A program made the position numbers and the translations under genes. Of a stretch of DNA of 64,000 nt, positions 25,520 through 37,540 are shown piece after piece (within the stretch, counting starts at the first letter, position 1; each line of letters opens with the position of its first letter). The DNA lies in contig NC_043008.1 in assembly GCF_006345805.1 (NCBI RefSeq), positions 55,304,001 to 55,368,000 of the forward strand, in the 5' to 3' direction. Below the pieces are notes generated by a model. That model saw only the letters and a program-made list of their open reading frames with translations. It had not been told where the DNA came from and made no database searches. This DNA is from Octopus sinensis (Eukaryota).

Positions 25520-26110
25520 TCATCATCATCATTATAGTCATTTAACATCCGCTTTCCATGCTAGCATGGGCTGCATGATTTGACTGAGGACTGGTGAACC
25601 AGATGGCTGCACCAGACTCCAATCTGATGTGGCAGAGTTCCTACAGCTGGATGCCCTTCCTAATGCCAACCACTCCAAGAGTGTAGTGGGTGCTTTTACA
25701 TGCCACTGGCACGAGGGCCAGTCAGGCAGTACTGGCAATGGCCACGCTCAAATGGGGCTTTTTATGTGCCATCTGCACAGTAGCCAGTCCAGTGGCAGTG
25801 GCTACAACCTCGCTCAAATGTTGTTTTTTCACATGCCACCAGCACAAGTGCTAGTAAAGCGAAGCAGGTAACGATCACATTCAAATGGTGTTTTTAACGT
25901 GCCATCGGCTCGGAGGTTAGCTTGTTGCTCTGGCCCCAATCTCACTTGTATGGTTCTCTTAGTGCTCCACCAGCACGGATGCCAGTCATCGAATTTGATT
26001 TCGATTTTGATTTCACTTGCTTCAACAGGTCTTCACAAGCGGAGTTTAGTGTCCAATGAAGGAAAGGTATGCATAAGTGGACTGGTTACACCCCTGGCAT
26101 AGGCCACAAG
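25520..26110 (-). mobile_element. Truncated RTE 3' UTR, same subfamily as 15610 copy
   Basis: Shares the gactgaggactgg variant and the gtgcca repeat array. Confidence 0.8.
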
Positions 26111-26537
26111 GTTATGGTCTCACTTGCACTTGCACCCCTACACCAAAATTTCCAGCTTTGTGCCTATAATCGAAGGAATTATTATTGTTATTGTTGCTAT
26201 TGTCATTATTAAAGTGGCAAGCTGGTGGAATCAGTAGCTTGTTGGGCAAAATGCTTAGTGGCATTTTATCTGTTTTTACATTCTGAATTTAAAATCCACT
26301 GAGGTTTGACATTGCCTTTTATCATTTCTGGGGTCGATAAAATAAGTACCAGTTGAGTACTGGGGTTGATGAAATTGACTTAACCCCCTCCTGAAACTAC
26401 CATTATTATCATTATTATTATTCCTTTGTGTTTTGTGTATAAGTGATAAAAGTAAGATGTTTTGCAATATCTAGGTTCATAATATCTGGAATGTTCTTTG
26501 TGTCTATAATTCTATATTTCATTTATTTCAAATACAG

Positions 26538-26583
26538 GTCCAGCTTCCAAAGAATATGGAAAACAAGAAATTAGAATCAAATG
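26538..26583 (+). CDS. Small coding exon VQLPKNMENKKLESN(D) of the same gene
   Basis: Acceptor tttcaaatacAG and strong donor G|GTAAGA. Phase 0 in and phase 1 out fit the exons at 9153 and 27895. Confidence 0.7.
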
Positions 26584-26749
26584 GTAAGAAAAACATTTCA
26601 TGCTTATTTCAACTGGTGTTGCTACCAGTGCAGTTGTATGGTTACACTGATTGACATTAGGTTCACATATTTATCATATGGAATATAATCTGAACCACAG
26701 TATTTTCCCTGTGTCTGGTTTGAAACCATGCTATTATAATCCACTTCAT

Positions 26750-26905
26750 TTATTGGCTTTCAGCCAACCAATTCTACAGACACCTCCTTGTTCAAAATAA
26801 TGCCTACTCCATATTTATGCTGGTCCTCCATGCTAGAATACAGGATTACTAATCCATCAGATATATAACTTTGACCAGTCCAATGCAGTTTGCAAATGCC
26901 AAGTA
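26750..26905 (-). mobile_element. LINE apurinic endonuclease N-terminal fragment
   Basis: ILGICKLHWTGQ...ILYSSMEDQHKYGVGIILNKE matches the APE motif E.RW.G..G...LYSG...GVGI. Confidence 0.65.
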
Positions 26906-27301
26906 TGTTAGGTGCAAGTGTGACTGTGGTAAGAGGCTTGCTTCCCAACTACATGGTTCCGAGTTCAGTTACACTGTGTGGCACCTTGGGCAAGTGTCTT
27001 CTATAGCCTCAGGCCAACCAAAGTCTTGTGAGTGGATTTCTTGTTTCAAAACTGAAAGAGATCCTTTGTATATATTTATATATATATATATATCCTTCCA
27101 TGTGTATGTATCTTTGAGTCTTTGTTTAAACTCAAAAGAGACAATAGAGTGTGACTCAGTTCTCTAACCAGTTAAATCCTGTCAAACCATCCAGTCCTTG
27201 CCAGCATGGAATACAGATGTTATGTGATGATGTTGATGCTATATATACATACATATCTGTCTGTCTGTCAGTCTGTCTGTCTGTCTGTCTGTATGTATGT
27301 A

Positions 27302-27369
<68 letters not shown>

Positions 27370-27894
27370 CTATATATATATATATATCCATCCTGCCAGT
27401 TGTGAGAGCAGGACTTTCTTTAGGAGTCTATCATCACCATGTCTGGTAATGTGGCCTCTTCAGTGGAGATTTCTCTGTACCAAAAGAAGGTGCATGGATT
27501 GAAAGTTTTATGAAGTGTCCATGGCTCTGTGTACTTTTCAATCTAATTTTATTGAGATGCCATGCTTTTTCCACAGTCACACATATACCAATTTACAAAC
27601 TTACAGATATTTTACTAACTAAAACCACCTATGAGAATATTGATAATACAGACAATTATTTGAAACACAATCAGTATACACATTAGAAATATAGTCATGA
27701 AAGGGTTAAAAAATAAATGAAATTCTTTTCTTTACTACCTGAATGTTTTCATACAAATAATAAAACAATAAACATGCAGTTATAGATCACTAATTTCAAA
27801 TGAATAACTAAGTATTCTGAACTAGTATTGCAAAAAATGTACTACATACATTGTAATTCAGTATACTTATTAATAATATTTTCTTTCATTTCAG

Positions 27895-27941
27895 ATAACC
27901 AATTATACAATGAAGAAGAAGAAGATGATAATTATCAATGA
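27895..27941 (+). CDS. Terminal coding exon (D)NQLYNEEEEDDNYQ*
   Basis: Acceptor ttttctttcatttcAG (27893-27894). Phase-1 join gives GAT, with TGA at 27939-27941. Acidic composition matches the upstream exon. Confidence 0.7.
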
Positions 27942-28179
27942 ACAATTTCATTCATAGAGATCAGTCATTAACTGTTAAGGACCTCGTTAAAAGTTCCTGC
28001 AAAAGATTCACCTAAATTTTCCACATGAGTTTTCATCAATACAAATGGAAGAGGAAAGAATATTTTTTTTCAGGTTTATTAACCTCAACATTTCTGTGGT
28101 TCTGTGGTAATGATGGTGGCTAAGCGGGTAGGACATTTTTTTTTTTTGTGAAATACAAATTTTCAAATGGCTTAATCTT

Positions 28180-28260
<81 letters not shown>

Positions 28261-28341
28261 TATATATATGTATATATGTGTGTGTGTATATATATATGTA
28301 TGTATACACACATATACATACATATATATACACACACACAC

Positions 28342-28391
<50 letters not shown>

Positions 28392-28425
28392 TATATATAT
28401 GTATCTGTATGCATAGAAGAATATA

Positions 28426-28708
28426 TTACTCAAAGAAATTCCAACTTTGCCTGATTTTCACATTTTATTTACAATCTTATGATAACATAATATAAAATAA
28501 TACGATATAATGAAATGAAAGAATATCAAATGTCCATTTTGATTAAACTAGTACTTTCATGCATTAAACTATGCAATCTTCAGGTTCTTGTTGTAGTGGG
28601 GGGGCAGTTATGTTTTGTTGTTGTAAATTGTAAAACATAACTGTCGCCATTACTACAGGAACCTGTAGATTGCATAGTGAAAATCAAAGTTGGAATTTCT
28701 TTGAGTAA
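28426..28708. mobile_element. MITE-like element in TA context
   Basis: Perfect 24-bp inverted ends TTACTCAAAGAAATTCCAACTTTG, extending further with one small indel; TA on both sides. Confidence 0.6.
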
Positions 28709-29089
28709 TATATATATATATATATTACTCAAAGAAATTATATATATATATACACACACATCTCAAAAGTAGACTCCCACATTTATATATATATATATCT
28801 ACATATATATATTTATAATTTATATATGTGTATATGGAGGTGCGTGGTTTAGAAATTAGTGTGTTGCACTCACGATTGTAAGATTTCTGGACTGGGTGAC
28901 ATGTGTTCTTGAGCAAAACACTGCATTTCATGTTGTTCCTGTCAACTCAACTGGCAAAAATGAGTAATCCTGCCATGGAATAGTGCCTCACCCAGGGAAT
29001 GAATATATATACCACGGACCCCAAGACACCAGCCTTATGAGCCTATGACACCGGAAGGACTTTTGATCCTTTCATATATATAGATATAT

Positions 29090-29153
29090 ATGTGTGTGTG
29101 TGTATGTATATATATATATATATATATATAGGTATGTATATATATATTATATA

Positions 29154-29190
<37 letters not shown>

Positions 29191-29305
29191 GCATATATAT
29201 ATATAGGTATGTATGTATATATATTTATATATATATGTATATATATATTTATATATATATATATGTATGTATATGTGTATGTATATCTTTATATATGTAC
29301 ATATA

Positions 29306-29350
<45 letters not shown>

Positions 29351-29401
29351 GTATGTATATGTGTATGTATATCTTTATATATGTACATATATGCATATAT
29401 A

Positions 29402-29446
<45 letters not shown>

Positions 29447-30068
29447 TATATATATATACATACATGTATATACATGTATATAAAATGAGGGGTGTCTGTG
29501 CCTCTATCTATTTTTGAGATGTCTGTATATATACATATGTACATACACACATACACGCACACACACATACACACTTATGTATGATTTTGAATAGTGGGAT
29601 CTAAGACTGAACTACTTGCACTCCTTGTATCAGTATTAGTACAAATACTTCTGCATGATGTTGGAAATAACTGCAGTGAACCATTTATGAAATATATAAA
29701 TGTTTGACAGTTCAACCTCATCACATGCTCGTCCACAGTAACAAATGCTAAAGCCTGAACCTGCCAATTGACGACAGTTTAATAAACTGCAGTTTTGAAA
29801 CCAAAGGAAATATAAAATATTAAAAAAAGCCCAGGGTAAAAAAAAAAAATACACAGAAAAGATAAGGTTAATATTTTTGAAAAAAAAACAATTCTTTTTC
29901 TCACATGGTATTTCTGCAAATGATTTAGTGTACTAGTAAAAACCAGTCCACTAATCTCTCATATTGTCTATTCTTACAACACATTGGTTTAACATGTGAG
30001 CTTTATATCAACTGACTTTAAAAAGACTAATGATTTTTTTTTTTTTTCAATATATGGAAATGGAACAT

Positions 30069-30114
<46 letters not shown>

Positions 30115-30451
30115 GTATATGTATGTATATGTGTATGTATATCTTTATATATGTACATATATGCATATATATATATGTGTATGTGTGTGCATGTATGTAC
30201 ATATATATAAGTATATACATATATATGTATATGTATATATACACACACACACACATACACTTTGGTGTACATATAAGTACGAATGTGGTATTTGGAACTC
30301 ATCGGGATTTTTTTTTCTGTTTTCTCATTATTTGAAGGTTTTCTGGTTAGTATTTTCTTTTCATATGCTTCTATGGAAATTTGATCTGGATGCAATTATA
30401 TGCATACATATATACATTATGTATATATATACATACATACATACATATATA

Positions 30452-30485
<34 letters not shown>

Positions 30486-30551
30486 ATCACCATCATTTTA
30501 GAGTAGTGTTTAAAATTATGATGATGATATATATCAACTTGTGTGTGTGTA

Positions 30552-30587
<36 letters not shown>

Positions 30588-30620
30588 TACATGTACATGT
30601 ATGTATATAAATGTACAAAT
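29090..30620. repeat. Complex (TA)/(TG)/(TAC) microsatellite fields
   Basis: Tracts at ~29090-29570 and ~30075-30620 (also 28170-28400); source of the YIYI ORFs. Confidence 0.95.
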
Positions 30621-31248
30621 GGAGATTATTTTGTTTATATTTTTAAACACATTTTGCAAATGCATCACACCTGCATTGTAGTATTAAGTCCACACATTTT
30701 TGCAGCTTAAAACTAAAATTATATGTACACATATTTCTAATGGCGGTGCCCCAGCATGGCCACAGCTCAAGAGCTGAAACTGGAAAACATAAACATAAAC
30801 ATAAACATTCACACACACACAAACACACACAAATGTGTGATAGAAATCCATTGTAATGAATTTACTGGTTAATTAATACCTCGCCTGATAAATTTTTTAT
30901 GAACCAACACTAATAACAATCAAGACCTGGATTTTTGCCCTTAAATTGAATATTATCAGCCTCAACTCCACCAACATCAACCTCAAATTCATCATCAGCA
31001 TCAACCTGAAGTTCATCATTTCAACCTCAATTTTGTTATTCATTTCAATTGTTGATCATTTCAATTTCATCATCATCAACATTCATTTCGTTATCACCAA
31101 CTTAAACATTATCTATGTGGAGTGGTATGCATTTTTTTTTTTGCAGACAGACATTAACATCTGTGATTACTTGCCGCAGAATTGTGTAAAAATGCAAACA
31201 TTAAAAATATTTCGTAAATGATTACACTTTTCGTATAATAAAAATTGT

Positions 31249-31316
31249 TACATTAACATAAATACACATACATTAACATAAATATGCATACATTAACATA
31301 AATGTACATACATTAC
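31249..31316. repeat. 20-bp minisatellite x3.4
   Basis: Unit tacattaacataaat(acaca/atgca/gtaca). Confidence 0.85.
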
Positions 31317-31652
31317 TACATTATAAAAACTACATAATAAATGACATAAGCTTCTCCTTTCATTTATTATTCCCATTTTTTTAAATATTGTCTTTAAAAA
31401 AATCCAGCTCAGTCATATTTAGTAATCAAAGTCAGCCCAATATTGATCAATATATTAATGTAGAGTAAGGTACGAAAATCCTTTACAAAACTGTTACAAT
31501 TCTGCTACGAGTAATTTCTGGTGTCCATATCTGTTCACGAAAAATGAAATATGGTTACATCCTACATGACTAAATAGCATAAGGGAATCATTCACTTTCA
31601 TCAGTTCGCAGTGCCATCTACCCAGTGTCTGTGAACGAAGAGGAGACAACTA

Positions 31653-32165
31653 CCATAAATCCTCGAGTATAGTCTGCCCTTGAGTATAATAACGCAGGGG
31701 ATTTTTAGGGAGCTGTACCTCTGAAAACCTAAACCTTGTGTATAATATGCACCCCTTCTCTAACTTGAGTCAAGGAGGTCTATATAACATCTTTGGTTTG
31801 TAAAAATGTATACGGTAACATCCTTTATTATTATTGTATATATAACATAATGCAAACATGTAGCTTTTTTGTGCATTTTGTTTGCAGAAAAATAAAGAAA
31901 TAACAGTAATAACGTTTAATAAATGTTGCTTACTGCAAGTTATGGATGATTCTTTTATGACTTCATTGCTTTCAGGCTTAGCTTAAGGTATTTCAACACC
32001 TGACATCACAAAATGCGTCTGAATAAACATTGCCGGTCAGCAAATAGAGACTCAAACATCGCTTAGAAAATATTTTTAATTTTTAACCTCGTATATAGCA
32101 TGCACTACGAGTTTTGACCTTTAAATTTTGGGGAAAATATGCGGATTATACTCGAGGATTTACGG
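31653..32165. mobile_element. Tc1/mariner (pogo-like) MITE, 513 bp
   Basis: 25-bp TIRs CC(G/A)TAAATCCTCGAGTATA.. with 3 mismatches; TA TSDs at 31651-31652 and 32166-32167. Confidence 0.85.
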
Positions 32166-32795
32166 TACTCTGAAATGTTGCATCCCACAGTCTGGGTAAT
32201 AACATTGCATAAATTTAAGTTGACTATGATAAAATTGTAGTTGACAATATTGAAATTGAGATTGATAATACTGAAATTAAGGCAGACACTGACAAATTTG
32301 AGGTTGACATTGATGAGATTGTGGATAAGAGAATCATCAGCTGCTATATTGGAAATTATTGTGGTTTCAGCAACCAAAAAAAAATTATATTTGTTATAAT
32401 AAATTTTCTTTTCTTTACATTTTTTCTTCAAAATTCTCAAATTGCTAATGTAAATACTGTTGAAATATTTTTAGTATTATTAATTAATTACTTCATTGAA
32501 CATTTATTTTTCTCTCACGTTAATAATTTCTTTTTGCCTAATCTTATATTTGTATACGGTTTGATTTAAAAACATTTTTTTTTTTTTTTGTAATTTTAGA
32601 ATTAAAAACCAGCTTTTTTGTTTCATAAATTGATTATCAAAGATAATTTATTGAAATTGTGGGAGAAAAGTAGGATGTTCTGTGGTTTGGAATCACTTCA
32701 GATGTAGAAGTAAGGTTATATCACCATACTAAGAGATAATAAAAAAAAAATTAACCTTTCAGTACAGTTTTCAGTCAATGCCCTTTACATGATAT

Positions 32796-33229
32796 TTTAT
32801 TATTATTTTTATGATTTTTTCTTTCAGTTTTGTTTCCATTTCTTGTCAAGTGTCTTCCTGACACCTAGGGCAAAGAAACTTACTGTATATATTGAAAGGC
32901 CATTAAAGTAAACGCACCAGGTTGTTCATTTACAAAATCAAATGAAGTTATGTAAAAAAAAAAATTACTTTCATGGATGGTAGTCATTCTCACAGTGACA
33001 ATGCTTCTTCTCAATACATGTGACATACCAGTTAAAACAATCTTTTGCACTTCTTACAAGGATGGTTAGCCAAGGATTTTCTCACATAATTTTCTGTTCC
33101 ATTTTTTTTTTATCATTCCAAGTGCTTCTACAGTCACTGCTATTGTAATCACCTTGAGATGCTACATTTTCTCAATTTCTATGAGCAAATCTTTATATTT
33201 TCTGAGCTTGTCAAATTCTTTTGCTGAGA

Positions 33230-33275
<46 letters not shown>

Positions 33276-33707
33276 TATTATTATTTTTATGATTTTTTCT
33301 TTCAGTTTTGTTTCCATTTCTTGTCAAGTGTCTTCCTGACACCTAAGGCAAAGAAACTTACTGTATATATTGAAAGGCCATTAAAGTAAACGCACCAGGT
33401 TGTTCATTTACAAAATCAAATGAAGTTATGTAAAAAAAAAAATTACTTTCATGGATGGTAGTCATTCTCACAGTGACAATGCTTCTTCTCAATACATGTG
33501 ACATACCAGTTAAAACAATCTTTTGCACTTCTTACAAGGATGGTTAGCCAAGGATTTTCTCACATAATTTTCTGTTCCATTTTTTTTTTATCATTCCAAG
33601 TGCTTCTACAGTCACTGCTATTGTAATCACCTTGAGATGCTACATTTTCTCAATTTCTATGAGCAAATCTTTATATTTTCTGAGCTTGTCAAATTCTTTT
33701 GCTGAGA

Positions 33708-33751
<44 letters not shown>
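32796..33751 (-). mobile_element. Tandem 478-bp duplication of an R4/Dong LINE 3' end
   Basis: Each unit encodes KEFDKLRKYKDLLIEIEKM*HLK...EVQKIVLTGMSHVLRR (RLE domain) plus a 3' UTR with TAA tail; I found one substitution between units. Confidence 0.9.
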
Positions 33752-33767
<16 letters not shown>

Positions 33768-33824
33768 CATTATTATCATCATCATTATTATTATTATTAT
33801 TATTATTATCGTCAGCATTTTTAA

Positions 33825-34530
33825 GGTGGTGAGCTAGCAGAATCATTACCACGCTGGAGGAAATGCTTAGAGGTATTTCGCCTGTTGCTACGTTTTGAGT
33901 TCAAAATTCCACCAAGGTCAACTTTGCCTTTCATCCTTTCAGGGTCAATAAATTAAGTACCAGTGAAACACTGGGGGCGTTGTAATTGCCTAGTCTCCTC
34001 CCCAAAAATTCCAGGCCCTGTACCTTTAGTAGAAGGGATTATTATTATTATCATCATCATCATCATCATGATTATTAAGGTGGCAAACTGGCAGAATCGT
34101 TAGCATGCTGGACAAAATGCTTAATGAAGGCGGCGAGCTGGCAGAACCGTTAACATGTCGGGCAAAATGCTTAGTGGTATTTCATCTGCCGTTATGTTGT
34201 GAGTTCAAATTCCGCCGAGATCGACTTTACCTTTCATCCTTTCGGGGTCGATAAATTATGTACCAGTTACGCACTGGGGTTGATGTAATCGACTTAATAC
34301 CTATGTCTGTCCTTGTTTGTCCCCTCTATGTTTAGCCCCTTGTGGGTAATAAAGAAATAGGTATTTTGCGCATTGCTATGTTCTGAGCTCAAATTCTACT
34401 GAGGCTAACTTTGCCTTTCATCCTTTCAGGGCTGATAAATGAAGTACCAGTGAAACACTGAAGTGAATGTAATTGACTAGTCCCCTCCACCAAAATTTCA
34501 GACCTTGTACTGTTAGTAGAAGGGATTATT
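33825..34530 (+). mobile_element. Cluster of family B SINEs, one nested in another
   Basis: Host head aaatgcttaatg is interrupted by a full copy (34128-34360) and resumes with ggtatttt. Confidence 0.8.
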
Positions 34531-35978
34531 ATTCTTATTATTACTACTAATATGTCTTAAAAATTTTGATACTAACCTATGTTAAAGGTTCTGATTTAAA
34601 TCTAAATCTTTCCGTCATAATTTTGCATAAGAAATCCTTTTTCCCTTTCTTTTTCTTTTTTTTCTTAATTAGGGCTGAACAAAATATAAAATTCTAAATG
34701 TAATAATGAAAAAAAAAGTTCAGTAAATTCCTTTGATATATTGTCAGAGAGCTTCCCACAAAGCACCTTGCCAAAAAAGGGCAAAGTTATTCTTCACCTT
34801 GCAGTACATCAATATACTTTGCCCAAAGCTCCTTTCAGGGCCAACACTAGGGCATAAAGCATTTTGAGCCAGCCCTACAATATATGTCTCCTTATTTCAA
34901 CTCTACAATTTGTGCACCTTTTCTCCAGCCCTACAATATGTACCCTCTGTTCTTAGCATTGGAATGTGGCCCCCTCCTCTCTAATGTTTCTACATCTTCC
35001 TCCAGCTACCACCCTCTTTTACATGAGCTGAAAATGCACCCCAATGATTATATTTAACATGCAAACAAGGAATCCATAGCTTTATTATCATGTGTATCAC
35101 TTAATAAATCTGTGACAGCTCATTACCTCACATGACCCTCCCATCTACCTCTCCTACTCGCTCCTGTACTCTGCCCTCATTTGATCCTGGAATGATCTCA
35201 CCTCCTGTCTTTATTCCTAAGTTTTTAAGGTTATTTGTTTGTATTTTTTTTTAGCTCTGTTGAAATACACTGTCATTGTTTCAATTAATTTTCAAAATAA
35301 TGGAGAATTTAGTAAAATAATTTTATCATGGTGTTTGAAACATAAATTAACACGAAATTTCAATGGAATATTTAATCTAGATCATTTTAAAACAAAGAGT
35401 TTGTATTATAGACCTGGAGGTTGTCTCAGAAGTGTTGGTATCAAAAGGGCTAAGGAATTTGGTGTAAATTGTACTGGGTAAATTGTACAGGGTAAATTGT
35501 ACAGAGTTTGCATGGCACTGCAAGATTTTCATGTCCAGGGCAGTCACTTAGTTTACCTAGTGTTTAGTGTCACCCCTGGTTCTTTTCTATCTTCTTTTTA
35601 CTAAATCATTTTATAAGTTTTTGTTACAAGATGCAATTTTAAAAAACTCTTGTTCTTACAGATTAAAATTACTTTTAAGATATAACAGTTTTTTTTTCTT
35701 TTCTTTTGTTTAGTCTCTGGTCATTCTTATGAATTACTGGCTGTTTTTTTTCTATGATATATCTAGGATTGAGATAGAATAATTATATCTTAAACTATGA
35801 CATAGATTCTGACATGTATTAAACTAAATAGAACACAACATATATTAAACTAGAGCACAGAATACATCAGAGACTGCAACACATAACACAAAACACATCT
35901 TAAACTAGAACATAGACCATGTCATATCTTATAATACCTCATCACATCTCAAACTACAAAGTAAAATGCATATCTTAA

Positions 35979-36156
35979 GCGTAGGACTGGCTGTGTGGTA
36001 AATAGCTTGCTTACCAACCACATGGTTACGGGTTCAGTCCCACTGTGTGGCACCTTAGGCAAGTGTCTTCTGCTATAGCCTTGGGTCAACCAAAGCCTTG
36101 TGAGTGGATTTGGTAGACGGAAACTGAAATAAGCCCGTCATATATATGTATATATA

Positions 36157-36205
<49 letters not shown>

Positions 36206-36447
36206 ATATGTGTGTGTGTGTGTATATGTTTGTGTATCTGTGTTTGTCCCCCCAACATCGCTTGATAACTGACGCTGGTGTGTTTACGTCCCCGTAACTT
36301 AGCGGTTCGGCAAAACAGACTGATAGAATAAGTACTAGGCTTACAAAGAATAAGTCCTGGAGTCGATTTGCTCGACTAAAGGTGGTGCTCCAGCATGGCC
36401 ACAGTCAAATGACTGAAACAAGTAAAAGAGTAAATAGTAAAAAGAGT
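35979..36447 (+). mobile_element. SINE family A inserted in a degenerate ~26-bp tandem repeat
   Basis: Full family A match; flanks carry atcttaaactaga repeats (about 35780-35978 and 36450-36500). Confidence 0.85.
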
Positions 36448-36855
36448 GTCTTAAAGTAGAGCATTCAACAAGCGTATCTTAAACTAGAACATGTATACAC
36501 CACATCATAATCTACAACATTGAATACTATGTACTAAAATAAGCTATCCTATGAGATGTGGTTTTGATTACCACCAGTTACTTAAATTTCATATGTTCTT
36601 TCGATTGTTCATCCACACAGTGCTGTGCTCCTATAATCAGTTTGTGAATATTTTAATTTTGATTCCTGCTTGTTTCACTGAACTTGGAGGGATTGTTTTA
36701 CAAACTTTTTAGTACTGAATTCATACAGCTTATTTTAGAAAGAGTAGAGTAGATTATGTGGGATGCTCTCTCTTCTTACTCCCTATTTCTCTGTGTGTCT
36801 TACTGTCTTCTGTTACAAAGCAGCTGAAAATACATCATCTGTGTAGGTGGGGGAT

Positions 36856-36893
<38 letters not shown>

Positions 36894-36901
<8 letters not shown>

Positions 36902-37021
36902 AGTTGTACTAGGCACCAATGTTTGCTGGAAATAGCAGTTGATAATTTACTATAGCGTTGTAAAATTATTGACTGCTATTTCCAGTAAACATCGGTGCCT
37001 TGTTGTACCACTATTCTATAT
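36894..37021. repeat. ~125-bp hairpin/MITE at the edge of (TA)n
   Basis: About 57-bp imperfect arms and a 9-nt loop (36951-36959). Confidence 0.8.
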
Positions 37022-37078
37022 TTATACTTCTACCTTTACTGTGCTTTATTTGACTGGAAATTAATACATTCATATACA

Positions 37079-37113
<35 letters not shown>

Positions 37114-37346
37114 GAGTAATTGTCATTTTAAATCTGTTGTAATACTTACAACATTTAATAAAATGATGTAGTACGAAACGATCGTACCAAATTACCGGAG
37201 TCATTCTTGTTGCTTATTTTGATTATAATCAACCCACGGATTTCTATGGATCACACCATACAAAATTCTGGTACATCTAAATTAAGTACCATATTTATTT
37301 GAATCTAAATTTTTGCTGAACTTATATATATGTATATATATATATA

Positions 37347-37540
37347 CTTTATTTAAAGCAGCAGAAAATTCAACAAAACCTGTTACTCTGAGTTACTGTC
37401 CGATGAACGGCAACGGGAAACTCAGAGTAACAGGTTTTGTTGAATTTTCTGCTGCTTTAAATAAAGCATATTACTCTACCACAGGTATTTGGGTACTCTT
37501 TTTTCCACCTTGTTTCACATTTATGTGCTTCCTCCGGTAT
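37347..37540. mobile_element. Penelope-like non-autonomous repeat with inverted terminal duplication
   Basis: Perfect 48-bp inverted repeat (37347-37394 / 37419-37466) overlapping the hammerhead-like motif, flanked by (TA)n. Inverted pseudo-LTR ends and hammerheads are known features of Penelope-like elements. Confidence 0.5.
37396..37433 (+). ncRNA. Minimal type I hammerhead-ribozyme-like motif (Penelope-associated type, U4C core variant)
   Basis: Stem I CTGT(37396-99)/ACAG(37430-33); core CCGATGA; stem II ACG-GCAA-CGG; GAA; stem III ACTC-A-GAGT; GTA cleavage triplet ending at 37429. Activity untested. Confidence 0.6.

Noticed and set aside
9153-27941. Naming the + strand gene GOLM2/CASC4
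   Set aside because: Only two short, low-complexity motif resemblances from memory; the diagnostic N-terminal TM and coiled coil are not in the window.
28120-30620. Many 60-180 aa ORFs rich in YI, CV, HT
   Set aside because: Translations of (TA)n/(TG)n microsatellites.
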